A stretch of DNA of 64,000 bases from Thalia democratica (lineage: Eukaryota). The stretch lies in assembly GCA_965202585.1 (NCBI GenBank), contig OZ241828.1, positions 49,848,001 through 49,912,000 on the forward strand. Direction: 5' to 3'. Numbering within the stretch: the stretch's first letter is position 1; every line of letters begins with the position of its first letter. The translations under genes were made by a program, and so were the position numbers. The notes below the pieces were generated by a model. The model was not told where the DNA came from. It ran no database searches and saw only the letters and a program-made list of their open reading frames with translations. Positions 1 to 12,900 of the stretch are shown one piece after another.

Positions 1-265
1 AAAAAATATTAATATATATGTACATCTTATTAACATCTACAAGCCAATTATTTTCTTTTTCAAAATCTAAAATATTTTTCAAGACATTTTAAAATTACTA
101 AAAATAACTATGTTTTTTACTTTATTTAGGCCATATCTCAAAAAATATGCAACGTTTTGCAAAAAAAAAAGTCTTGTAGATATTAATATGACCTACATAT
201 GCATTTTTTATATTTGACAAATATACATTAATTCTTTATTTGTGGATGTTTCAATTTTTTTTAAA

Positions 266-310
266 GAATTTGAGTTGTCGGAATTTGAATTGTCAGAATT
301 TGAATAGTCG
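266..310 (+). repeat. Three tandem 15-bp units
   Basis: GAATTTGAGTTGTCG / GAATTTGAATTGTCA / GAATTTGAATAGTCG, followed by a GC-rich CCCACCCACGCCGC. Confidence 0.8.
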
Positions 311-1022
311 CCCACCCACGCCGCAGTTGTGTTATCTAATAAACATACCAATTACTTCTTTGCTTATTAGATTGCTAATAGATACTGATTTTTTTTTACA
401 TTTTGTTATGCTTACCATACATTCCTTTTGCTTGGCATTAAAACCCATAAGTTTACTTTAGTTTATTCAGTGTTTTATACTCTTCAAAAAGGCTTATTTT
501 ATTAATTTTTCTTTATGTTTGTAGAGACAGATTGCTCAAGATTAGGCATTCAATTTAACTGTGGTTGGTTTTTGTCGTGTTTTGTGTGCTCTGCGAAGTT
601 TTAATTTGAAGTAAATAAAAAAGAGTTTGTTATGATTTAAATTTAGGTGTAATGAGGCAATAAAATAGTAACAAGTTCAAATTTTTTTATAGCTTTAAAA
701 GTGTAACAGTACCCCAAAAAGCCTAAAATGATTAAATTGAAATTTAAGAAAAGTTTTTCAATTTTTAAAAATTAAAGATGTTGTATTTTAATCATGATAA
801 AAGTAATTTTCTTAAAACCTAAAAAAAAATTAGAAACTACTAAAAGGTAATACAAAGTATTAGAAAAATAATATATACATTTAATCCCAAAAAGATTAAT
901 TTCTGTTCACTATTATAATAAATTGTAACTTACTGACGATCACATGAAATTTTACATTTCAATGTGTGAAACAGCTGTTTAAATTATAGTTTTTATATAA
1001 TTAGATAAGTATATATATATAT

Positions 1023-2267
1023 AATGGTTAAAAACCAGAAAACTCGACCTAAATCCTACTAAATGCAAGATTCTAACAATTAAAAAAAACTAATCGTTTG
1101 ACCCAATTGACCTATTTATTAATAATACTAAGATACCAACATTTAAAGTTTTTATAGAATTAGGAATTTTTATTTCCGAAAATTTAAAATGGAACGAACA
1201 CATAAACTATTTATATAATATTGCAAAAGTTTCATCCTATCGAATACTAAAAAGTTTCAAAACTAACTCAGCTACTATTCTAACAAAGCTATTTAAAATA
1301 TACGTCCGTCCCAAGCTTGAATGCAACATACAAATTTGGTCACCTTTTGTAAAAAAAGACATTAACAAAATTGAGTCTGTGCAAAAAAATTTTACACGGT
1401 TGATATGTATTCGTTATAACATATCCCATTCATCATATAATGAAAGATTGGTTAAACTTGGATTGAGGTCTCTAGAGTATAGAAGATAGGAACTTGATTT
1501 ATTTATGCTTTACGAAATTATTAATGGGAAATATAAGGCTTTTTTCAGTCAATTTTTCAGTTTTTCCTATAATAAATATCAATTAAGAGGAAATACCAAA
1601 AAAAAAATATATAAATAGTTTTAACAACAGTCAGTGGCAAGGTTCATTTTTTTGAAGAGTAGAGACTATGTGGAACAAATTACCACAGGATGTTGCATCG
1701 TGTGAGAAGGTGATTTTCGATTTTCGATGGAACATTTTCGATTAAAACTAAAAAAATTTAATTTGAATAGTATAATTATCACTAAAGTTCATTAACTTTT
1801 CACAAAAACAATACAGAAAAAAAAAAATAAAAATTTGAATGGTATTTATCTAATTTATATTAGCTACCGATTTCTTCATTTTCCTATTTGTAATATTAAT
1901 TAGTTTTATTTTCCTACGCCTCCCCCTTGACAGAATATTAGCTTAATATAATTATTTTTGTACAAATGATCTTGTGTGTACTAAGTTATCACCTTTTATA
2001 TCAATTAAATAAGTTTAAACTTGTTATTCTGTTTTTTTCTAATTTTAGCTATGTTTGATGTTTTGTTTATGTTTATTTTGTGTTGAATATAAATGTTTTT
2101 ATTTTCGTTATTCTCATTGTGTGTTTTGTTAAAATGGCTCAGGTTTTGATGCCTGAGTCAAACATTGCAAAATCAACAAAACAATAATAATAATATTGTT
2201 TTAAATGTGTCTGTACACACTTAGATGTTACTTATAGAAACAATAATAATAATAATAATAATAATAA
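1023..2267 (+). mobile_element. 5'-truncated, decayed CR1/L2-type non-LTR retrotransposon: RT C-terminal region (~1023-1790), 3' UTR and (AAT)n tail
   Basis: Translation with stops and frameshifts reads WLKTRKLDLNPTKCKIL...LGIFISENLKWNEHINYL...LFKIYVRPKLE..IQIWSPF.KKDINKIESVQKNFTRLI...YNERLVKLGLRSLEYRR, the typical CR1/L2/Jockey RT C-terminus. It starts right after a (TA)n run (~1010-1022) and ends in (AAT)n at ~2242-2267. The 3' boundary is approximate. Confidence 0.85.
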
Positions 2268-2877
2268 AATTAAACTTAACTTAATCTAACTAGTATCAAA
2301 TGAAAAAGTAGTTCAAAAAATGAGCATCTGAGTACATTTATGTGCATAGGAATTAATTGATATCACAAAAGCTTCTTAAAAATCCAAATGAGTCGAAAAC
2401 ATTAAATAATAAACCTAAGTTTTTATTATTATGTAATTTTTAATGTGTTTGTGTACACTTAAATATAACGTATAGTTATAAAAAATCTATAAGAGAAACA
2501 TAGGTATAAATCACATGTTAAACTAAATACTTAATTTGTAAATAAATGACATTTTTGTTAATTACTGTGCATTACTCTTGTACATAATGAAAAACATTTG
2601 CATTCGGTTTATTTATTAAATAAGTATTATATATATATATATATAACTTACTAAACCCAAGCAATTTTTACTTTTTGTTTCGGATAATAACTTGCTTTTG
2701 TAACGAGAAATTTATTATGAAGCTGTGAAAAAAAAAATTCTACTCGAATGCTAATCTGTATTTTTCATATCTTTAAGCCAAAGCAGTAAACCATTTTTTT
2801 AATTTTATACAGAGTCTTAAAACGAAATTAATCAAATTAAATCAAATTAAAAAATTTAACTAAAAATATTTTTGCTC

Positions 2878-3003
2878 AGCGGGCTACATTTACATGATCG
2901 CGGGCCACATAATTTTCTTTCGAGGGCCGCATTCAATTCAAAAAAAAAACGTGCTCCCGGGCTGAAGATTTACCCTTTGCGGGCCGCAGTTTACCGATCC
3001 TTG
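2878..3003 (+). mobile_element. 3' fragment of a hAT-type non-autonomous element
   Basis: Repeated GCGGGCC/GGGCCGC subterminal motifs ending in GCGGGCCGCAGTTTACCGATCC; resembles the 3' half of the 12842-13153 element. Confidence 0.5.
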
Positions 3004-3180
3004 ACTTAGATGAAAGCTTAAAAAACGACAAAAAAATTAACTATGTGAGTCGATTTTGGAAAGAGTTTTTAATACATACAAGTTTTTCTTGTTATTACAT
3101 TTAAAATAGAAATTGAAGTTTATATAATTATATAATCAAACTGTTTTATATATTAATATTTCTAAGGCATAGTGTAATAA

Positions 3181-6100
3181 GTAAGCTGAAGTTTCGCAGA
3201 TATTCAAAATCAGATATTCACATTTTTGAAAACTTACTTGCTAAAAACACGTTTTCGTTTAAAAAAAAAATAAAGCTTACAATTATTATTCAGTTAAGAC
3301 AAAAAACATCTAAAACGGTTTATCTTGCCTGGTAGATATGACATTTTCGGTTTAGATTACATTAAAATATAAAGAAAATATTTTTTTAACCTAGAGCTCA
3401 ACTTTTTTTCTTGTTTTTCTTTTTAAATAAAACATCAAGATATATTTTTCCTAAAAATTCAAATATATTTTTTTTGTTTATGTTATATAAAACAACTAAG
3501 TTTCGTAAAAAATAATGGAGCTTACAATTCTTATTCAATTAAGACTAAAAACATCTTAAACGATTTATCTTGTTTTGTACAAATGACATTTTTGGTTTAG
3601 ATTACATTAAAACATCAAAAAAATAAAGTTCAAATGTACTTTTTCTTGTTTATTCTATATAAAACAACTAAGTTTATTAAAAAATTAATGGAGCTTACAA
3701 TTCTTATTCAATTAAGACAAAAAACATTAATTTAAAATATTTGTCTTGTTTTTTAGATATGACATTTTTGGTTTAGATTAAATAAAAACAACAAAAAATA
3801 CTTTTTTGACCTTAAAGTTCAAATGTATCTTTTCTTGTTTATGTCTAGATTATTTGTTTTTTTTTTTATTCCTACTGAATTTCTTAAAAAATTAATGGAG
3901 TTTACAACTCTTATTAAATTTAGACAAAAAACTTCTCAAACGGTTTATCTTGCCTGGTAGATATGACATTTTTGGTTTAGATCACATTAAAATACAAAGA
4001 AAATATTTTTTATTTACCTAAAAGTTCAAATAATTCTTTTCTTTTTTATTCTATATAAAACATCCAAGTTCCTTAAAAAGTTAATGGAGCTTACAATTCG
4101 TATTTAATTTAGACAAAAACATCTCAAACGATTTATCTTGATTTGTACATATGAAATTATTGGTTTAGATTAAACAAAAGCACAAAAAAGTTATGACCTA
4201 AAAACTAATCAATTATTTTAACATAATCGGTTTTCTTAACAGAAATAAAAAAAAATTCCAATTAGTATAAGTGACTTTTTAGTTCTAGATTTTTTTTTGT
4301 TAATTCTATATAAAACACCTAAGTCTCTTAAAGCTTACAATTCTTTTTTATTAAAAAAAAAAAATTTAAACGATTCCTATTTGTATTTATGACATTTTTA
4401 TTTAGATTAAAGAATTGCAACGAAAAAAAACACTTAAATTAGACTTAAAGAATTTTAATTTTTTAATCAAATAAGTAAGAGTCTTTAAATTTTAACAATA
4501 CACCTCATGATCTTCTTTCTTTTGCTGCTTCTTTCTTTAATTTATATGTTAATTAACTTTCATAAAAATAATTATTACCATTTTATTTAGGTCTATTTTT
4601 TTTCTCTATATAACTTTTTCAACTGTTATAAACCTTCAGCTGCTAAAATACAGATTCCAATTTCTATTCTTTTTTATCGGATATGTTCTCCGTGTTGCTA
4701 AATTTTTTTTCTTAACTCGGTATTGTTGGAAATACTCTCAGTACATCTTCAGCCATCTGCATAGAGTTTAATAAAATATTGAAATTAAGTTTTAGCTAGA
4801 GCCTTTGCTTTTTTTCTTAAAATATTACATTTTCAAACCTAAATGACATGAATTTCACAACATTTTTTGTCCATTTGTTGCTCATGCTGAATATAACCTT
4901 CTTCCTAGTTATTTAACCGTTCAATGCTTCCATAAGTTTGTTTAAAAATAGCGCTAAAAATATATAAAACTGTTAAAAAAATAATTCTTTTTTATTAAAA
5001 TACATCAGATACAAAAAGCTTTACTTCACTTATACGAAGGCTATTTTGTATTTGCAAGCTGATCAGATTCTGTTGTTATAAAGGAACCCATAATATTTTC
5101 TTTACATTAAAAACTTTTAATTAATACCTGTACTAAACTATTTTTACTTACAAACAGTCATCAGTGTTTGTCATTAAGTTGAAAAAATGACAGTATTGCC
5201 TCGTGCATTTAGTGTTTTTTCTGTGATTTAATGAATGTTTTCAATTTAAGATTTACTTTTTTTACTTTACTTTTTAAATTCTTTGTTACCTCAGTTATAA
5301 ATTTAGGTTGATTTTTATCAAAAAGAAGATCTAAAAAGGTGTTTTGGAGTATAATCTTTTCAATAAATCCAATATTTTTCCACTATTTTTATTAAGCAAA
5401 TGAACGTATTGCCAATAATCTACAAACATTTTATCAATAAGCACTTATTTATAAAACATTTCATAAAATAAAAATAATCTACCGCGTTATTTAGATAATA
5501 ACCTAATGTTGTAAGATCCTCTACCAAAATAGTTTTGTATGCATTTGGCATGTATGCAAAACTACAAACCTTAACAAAAATACCTTTCTCCATCTCTTTT
5601 ATTAACTGTTTAGAAAATAATAACGCCTATTAACTTTAATAAACTAATAATAAGGCTTACAGCTTTCAAATATGTTATTTAACGTTATAGAAAATAACTG
5701 ATAAGCTAAATCCTTTTTTTTAAAGAAATTTATAAACCACGAAATCATAAAAATAAGTATTAACTGAATATAGCTTAAAAATATTATTAACCGTTAAATA
5801 ACTGCTCTGAAAACTTAAAACTAAACTTTTTGTATTCAAAAATGTTTATAGAATAATTTTTTTACTTACTTTATCTACCACTGTAAGCTCTTTTTTTATT
5901 AAACTGCTTACATCTTTTTAGAAACATTTCAATTTCTTGCCTCTCAATCGTCTTTAAAAACTGTTTCAAAATTAGAAAACTATCTATTCTAATACTCAGA
6001 AGCATAACTTTAAAGTTCAATTTTTAAAATTATATAAATTAAGGATCGTGAAATGTTCCATTATTAAAATCTAGTTGAACTTTTAGGTAAAAAAATATTT

Positions 6101-6639
6101 TTTGATGTTTTTATATAATCTTAACCAAAAATGGCATATCTATAAAGCAAAAAAATCTTTAAAAGTATTTTTTTGTCTAAATTGAACAAGAATTGTAAGC
6201 TCCATTAATTATTAACGAAACTTAGTTGTTTTGTATAGAATGAAGAAGAAAAAAAATATATATTTCAACTTTTAGGTTAATTATTAATAATTTTTTGATG
6301 TTTTTATTTAATCTAAATTAAAAACGTCATATCTAAAAAGCAAGAAAGGTCGTAAAAAGATGTTTTTTGTCTAAGTTAAATAAGAACTGTAAGCTCCAGT
6401 ATTTTTTTACAAAAATTAGTTGTTTTGTGTATAATAAACAAGCAAAAATTAGCTAAACTTTCAGGTCAAAATTTTTTTTGTATTATTTATTTAATTAAAC
6501 CAAAAATGTCATATCTATATTTTTTGTCTAAATTGAATAAGAATTGTCACCTCCATTAGTATTTTTACGTGTTAATAGCGAATAAGTGTTCAAAAATGCG
6601 AATATCTGATTTTGAATATCTGCGAAACTTCAGCTTCCC
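3181..6639. mobile_element. Foldback/MULE-like DNA transposon with long modular TIRs and a ~10-bp TSD; non-autonomous or decayed
   Basis: The left end GTAAGCTGAAGTTTCGCAGATATTCAAAATCAGATATTC matches the reverse complement of the right end (...GAATATCTGATTTTGAATATCTGCGAAACTTCAGCTTCCC). Flanks are AGTGTAATAA (3171-3180) and AGCGTAATAA (6640-6649), 9/10 identical. Arms contain ~170-245-bp subrepeats marked by GAGCTTACAATTCTTATTCAATTAAGAC (6 left, at least 3 right, inverted). The core has no intact ORF. Confidence 0.8.
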
Positions 6640-6961
6640 AGCGTAATAAGGCGTTAAATCCTAGAAATTAAAATAAGCAAAGCCAATTGGAAATCGGAAC
6701 AAATTTTTTTTGTATGCAAATACTTAATTGACTTTCAGTTCATATTTTATGAGCAGCAAAACGTCCTAGTCACACGTTTTATTTAATTTGCGTAAAAGTA
6801 TTTGCGTAAAAAAACAGTTTATATCTTAATACTTCTATAATACAACAAGTAAAGAATAAATTAGGTAACTAGGTAACTACGATGATAAATTGAACTTTTT
6901 ATTCAACAATTTTACAAGTTTATTATTTTAATTTACTAATAATGTTTTACAAATAAATAGT

Positions 6962-9900
6962 ATGGACAATAAATTGAACATAAAGCTTAAGGAATTCAGT
7001 AAAAAGGATAACAGCAAAAATCGTTATAACCGTATTATAAGTCCTCCTAAAATACCTAAGGACTTGAAAAAAAAGGTTTCGTTTTCCAAAAATACAGATG
7101 CTTCACTCATAACTAAAATTTCTGACAAAGCCTTGAAGCGCAAAAAAATTTTGAGCAGGCTTGCAGAGAATAACTCTAAAACTAGACTGCCTGCGGTTAA
7201 AAAAAATTCAACCGCTGTGAATGTTGAACAAGACGAACTAACCCAAAACCTTTACAATAGAAATGCATTACGTTTCGAGGAAATAAAAAATAGAATACAG
7301 GATGTTAGTTATTTGTTTGGTTCTTTAATTTTGCTTTTACTAGTGAATACCTCTTTAATCTCTGAACTTTATTTAATTTTTTTATTAAACTAAAGCAACC
7401 ATCCATCTTTTTTCATAACTATACTAAGTAACTGATCTAGAATAACCATTTCGTGCAATCAGAAGATTTTTATTTAAATTAAAACTTGATTGTAATCTTA
7501 ATTTTTCGATTTGATACTGTAGAATTAAAAAAATAATTTTGTTCAAAATTAAAAATGTTAAAACTCTTTGATTGAAAAAAATAATGTGAAAAAACTCTAT
7601 TAAAGAAGAATGTAAAAAATGTTTATTTGAGTAAATAAATGTTATTTAGTTAATTTAAACGTTAAAATTAGTTTTTTAGTTTTTTATCAAATTGAGGAAT
7701 GTTAAAATTTATGTTTGAAAAGTTTGTTGTTAATACATTAAAATAACTATTTTTAAAATAAAGCACTGCAAAAGTTTGTAACAAAAAGTTGCCTTTCAAT
7801 AGCTTATAAAGTTTCCGAAATTTTATCAGTATTAGCGTTTTCTCTATAGGTATTAACATGTTATGGATTACTTAATAAATAACTTTAAACTACTAAAAAC
7901 TAGTTTTTTAGGTGTTTGAGTCGAAAATTTAAATACCGAAAATACCTTTTTTAACAATTGTTAACATCAAAATGTTTTAGGGAATATTGTAAAATAACTA
8001 AGATTTAATGTTTAATCTACTAATAATTATTAAAATCCAAAAAATTTTACGTTTTTTTAAAAACATGTTTTATTAAATTTATTACTTGTTAGCAACCAAT
8101 AAATTTTTAGCTAAAAACTTTTTCATGGTTAGAAAATACTTGAATAAGCTTCCAGGCTATATATTTGTGTTTAGTTTTAAACTTCAAAAATATCAAATTA
8201 TACCTTTCTAATAACTTTTAACACTTAGCTTGTACATTTAAAATTTACTTATTTAGTTTAATGTACTTAAAAGTCAGCTATGTTTAAACTTTCAAAAGAA
8301 TGAAAGTAAAAACTAAAAAAATTTAAACATTAAAAAAGTTTATTGTAATTTTACTGAACTACAGACAGTAGATGACTATGAGGAAACAGCGTACAAGCGA
8401 AACAAATTTGAAGAAGACGACGAACTTACCGACGAAATTGAAAAAGCACTACATCTAATTGAAAACGATGGGGTACGTTGAAATATTTTGATTATTTTTT
8501 TTGATGAGAAGTCTTTTGTGTATTTAGTTTATAACTTTTCTGACCAAACACTGACTGACATGAGTTGAAATACATTTTTTTATAGATTACTCGTTTGTAA
8601 CGAGATGTTTATAAGTGTTGCGAGCTTATGTGTTATAAAGTAAGCAAACTATTGAAAATAAAGTTCAATTAAACAACAACTTTAAAAATAGTTTAACTCA
8701 CTCTCTTTGTCCAAAGGTTCGAATCAATGTATCGTTGCTCGTGAATAAATTTCGCCAACTCGAGAGCATGAGAACCAACTACTTGAATGGATTTCCGGAC
8801 AGAAAGAGCACCGAGGAATTTGAAACTTTGTTGGGAAATTTGGGATTGTGGACGGAAAAGGCCGGTCTCAACATGAAAACGCTTGTAAGTACGATTTATT
8901 TTATTTGGTGTTGAAATTATAAAAGAAAATAAGAATCGTTAGTAGTTTATTGTAATTTTCAATCATACAACGTTCGCTTTTTTTTCCAAAAAGTAATCAA
9001 AAAGGGGCTAAACTTAATTAAATGAAATAAATATTTTAAGAAATTCATCAGTTTATTTTACAAACCAAATTTTTTCCATTAGCTCACTAGTACAGATACA
9101 TGTTTTTAAAATAGAACCTCACTTGAAGTTGTTTAAAGAATAATAAAGCTACTACCAGTTTCAGTGTTCCACTAAACAATATAAGTACAAAAAGGCTTGT
9201 GTTAAAGAAGGACAAAAGCTTTAATAAAGAAAAATACGTATTGAAAATTATCTAAACAACAAATTTATTGAGTCATTTGAAAATGCTTTATAAACTATAA
9301 CCAAGCATATATCAAGTATATTTTTTTATTACCTTTGTCAAATTTGATTGGCAAAAAAATAATAAAATGTCAAAAGTATACGTTCAGTTTTATTAAAAAT
9401 AATATTATTATATAATATTATACTAAATAATAAGTAGAACTATATTTAAAAAAAAAACTTTAAAGCAGAACTTTATTACATCAGTATTGCACTTCATTTA
9501 ATGAAAATTTTAGTAAATTTTTTTAAGTTTGTTGACACTACTTTAGATAAAAATTAATTCTAACAAAAAAACTACTGGTTAAGAAAAAAAAATAGCAGTA
9601 CTTATTCTAAAGCTTAAAAAACTTTAACAAAATAGATTAAGCTATAAGAAGTCTTGTATGTTTATAGATACACATAACTCTGAATAGTAAGTTATTGCAG
9701 TTACTTGTAAACGTAGTACTTAAAGTAGTATACTTTGTAAAACTTTTGTAATTCTAAACTTTTTACATACTACAAAACTAAGTATTTTTTTATCTTGGAT
9801 CTTTTAAATTTATGTTTAAAACATAAGGGAATGCGGACAGATTATTTTCTGTAGTTTAAAAGATAATCATTAGCTAAGCTACTAGTTAGTTTTTATCGTT

Positions 9901-12900
9901 TTGTTTTAACCTAGTACAACTTTTGATTTATAAATGATTGAAGTTTAAGATTTTAAAAGGTTTATTCACTGGTAGATTTACTTTAACACATTGTTTCTAA
10001 AAATATATTAGAAATGAACATAATTTAATATAGCTTTAATATCTTTATATGTTTTGGTTTAATGTCATTGTCTTTTATAAATTTCACTTGATAGCAATTA
10101 TAAGAACAGACATGTTTATCGGTTTGGAGAACTTATACAGTTTAAAAAAAGTTAAAGTAGACTTCTTAATAAAATTAAAATTTAGTTTTCGTTTTTTAAT
10201 CATAACTTTTAAAATTTTCAAAAACTAGTTTAAAAACATAAATTAAATTCTTGTTTTTTTAAACAATTAAACAAGTTTATGATTAGAAGTATATTTATTT
10301 GTTACTATAATACTGTAACAATAGTTTAACTAAAGTACAACATTACTTTAATTGAAATTGTTATGTTTGTATGGTGTTATTTTTTTAATAGTAGATATTT
10401 TGTGTACTGATTATCTTGAATAAAGTAATTGTACAACTAAAGAGACTGTAGCAATGTAAAATTGACATTACATTTACAATGATAACAAATTAAACAGTAT
10501 TCTTTCTTTACTACACTAACACATGTTTCTGTTAATTTGTGTAATAAAAAAAGAATACTTTTTAGTTTGTTATTATATATTCCAGTGAACTTGTTTCGCT
10601 CGGATCTTTGTTAGCAAACGCTTAAATTTCTATTTTTGAATAGTCATTATTTTTATAGTAATTATACCACGTATTTTTTTTTTGTTTGACAGAATAATGA
10701 AGTTGCTAAGTTGAACTTCCGCCATTCTGTTCAAACTTCTAGAAAAACCAAATTTGAGGATAATAAACAACTGATCAATAAAATTGCTTACCTCAAAATG
10801 AAAGTTGAGCTGAACGAGTTAAGAGGACAAAACACGAAGCACATCAGGGCCACGGTGGCAGCTCTCGAAAACCAACTAGAACAAGATACTGCAGTAAAGA
10901 CTGACAACATTGGTAAAATCCTTAAATACATTTAGGTTGTAATTGCATGAATATTAAGTAATAAAAACTGCAGTAATGTCTTAAGTTTTTGTTTCAGTTG
11001 GATTTGATGTTTGACTGTGTTTATTAAAGTTTTTAAGCTTGAACTTGCAGCCAACCAAAAACTATTAACTTTATCCTATGAATTACACGTACATCTTTCA
11101 AATGAACTTAAATAGTCATTTCTATGTTGTCAAATGCAGAATATATATTTATTAATTTTAAGTTAATATATATTTATTTATTTTAAAGGTTTTTTTTTTT
11201 CAGAAATAGTACTAGAAAACAGAAACAAGCTGAACAACACAGACGACAGCTTTAATAACGAGCAGGACAAGGCGCTGTATTACAAAATAGTGTCGGAAGA
11301 TGTGAGCAAGATGGTGATTGACGCGAGGGAGCAGGGTGAAGTGAAGTTCAAAGAAAACATTGCAAACTACTTCACGCACATGGCGAAGAAAGAAGAGGAC
11401 ATTCAGCTGCTCAACTACAAACTGCTGCTCACTTCTAAAGTTAGTTCTTCTAAACTTAAAAAAATGGTAAAATAAATTTTTGGTTGAGCATAATGAAATT
11501 TAGTTTTTATTTAAATACTTAGCAAGTTCAAAATGTTTTAGAAAAAAAATTTTACTAAAAAAAATAAAAACTTTTAAATATGATAACTACTATTTTGTGA
11601 TGTAAAATTGTTAACAAATAATTGTATATAGTTTTAAAAAAGTATGTAAACTAAACTGTATAAATTTTTAAAGAATTTCAACTATTTCAAGTTTAATAAG
11701 CACTCACTTATTTAAACTCGTTATATTACGACTTACTTCAAAACAACTTTGAGTTTATGGTTTAATTTAAGAAAAAGTTATTTAAGAAAACATAATCTGT
11801 TATAAATTTTTGATGAATTTTTTGTATAAATACTTTTAAACTTTAAATGTAAAATTTTTATGTGAGAATTAGTCAACGAAAATATTTTATGAAGTATTAA
11901 TGTTGTAACAGTTTGTAGAACGTCATACATCATAGTTTTTTTAGGTGGAAGAGCAACTAAAGGAAGATATTGATAGCAAACAGCGTCAAATAATTAACTT
12001 ACAGCAAGCTCTTGCTGACAGTCAATTTTTACTAAAGGTATTTTTTTCTAAAATTTTATAAAAAGGTTTTAGGTAGACTTTTTCTACTTTATAACTTATT
12101 CTTAGATTTTTAACTATATTAAAAACTAAAAGTTTAAGTCTTAGGACTATAACTGTTTCTTTGTTTACTACATATTGAGACTTTTTACAATAATTATTAG
12201 GATTTTTTCTAAATTACAAAAGTAATATCTTGTAGAACAACTTTTTGTTTTAATAATTATTTTATGTAGAGATGATAAGTGAGTTTCATATACAGATAAA
12301 CCAAAATCATCGTTCGAATATAACCTTAGCAAACCAAAAAGAAGAACAAGAAAATTTAAAAGCAGCTAGTAAAGTTTATACATTTTGTTTCTACAAAAAA
12401 AGTACGATATTAAATTCTACAAAGTTTTCAATAGTTAACTACGTGAGAAGTAGTTTAAATAATTAAAATAACATAAAAAGCTAGAAATCTTATGTTTTTA
12501 CTTGATTCTCAAAATAACTATTGAAAATCTATGTTTTTAATTTTATCTTTGCTTTAGTAATGAAAAAAGTATGATTTTTTAGTATAATAAATTTGCGGAG
12601 AAGCATCAAATATACTTATATATATCTTTAATATTTAAATACTTATTGTATTTACAATTACATATACTTTCAAAAAACAAAATTGAATCTAAACATTGTA
12701 GAAAGGTAGCTTTTACCTACGAATTGCTGTAGTTGAACGAGTAACGCGGAAATATGACGTCGCTTTACAGTTCACACAAAGGCTGCATACAGCAGTTGTA
12801 AAATTATGACTTTTTCAAATTAAAACTTAGAAAGTTTAATACAGGGGTCAGCAGGCGTTTGGTAATCGCAGGCCAAGTTTTGGAAATAAAAATATTTGCG

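Noticed and set aside
240-461. 73-aa ORF and other short AT-rich ORFs (7668, 15439, 17777, 32461, 37158, 44505, 51231, 53782, 60785)
   Set aside because: F/L/I/K/N-biased chance ORFs lying in repeats or introns, or antisense to or out of frame with modelled exons, without supporting splice context.
3274-4350. Regularly recurring ~28-bp motif with long spacers as a CRISPR-like array
   Set aside because: The spacers are themselves homologous, the block is mirrored at 6.0-6.6 kb as a TIR arm, and the context is eukaryotic with no cas genes.
4480-5960. Transposase in the core of the Foldback-like element
   Set aside because: All frames are full of stops and I cannot identify a DDE or other diagnostic motif.
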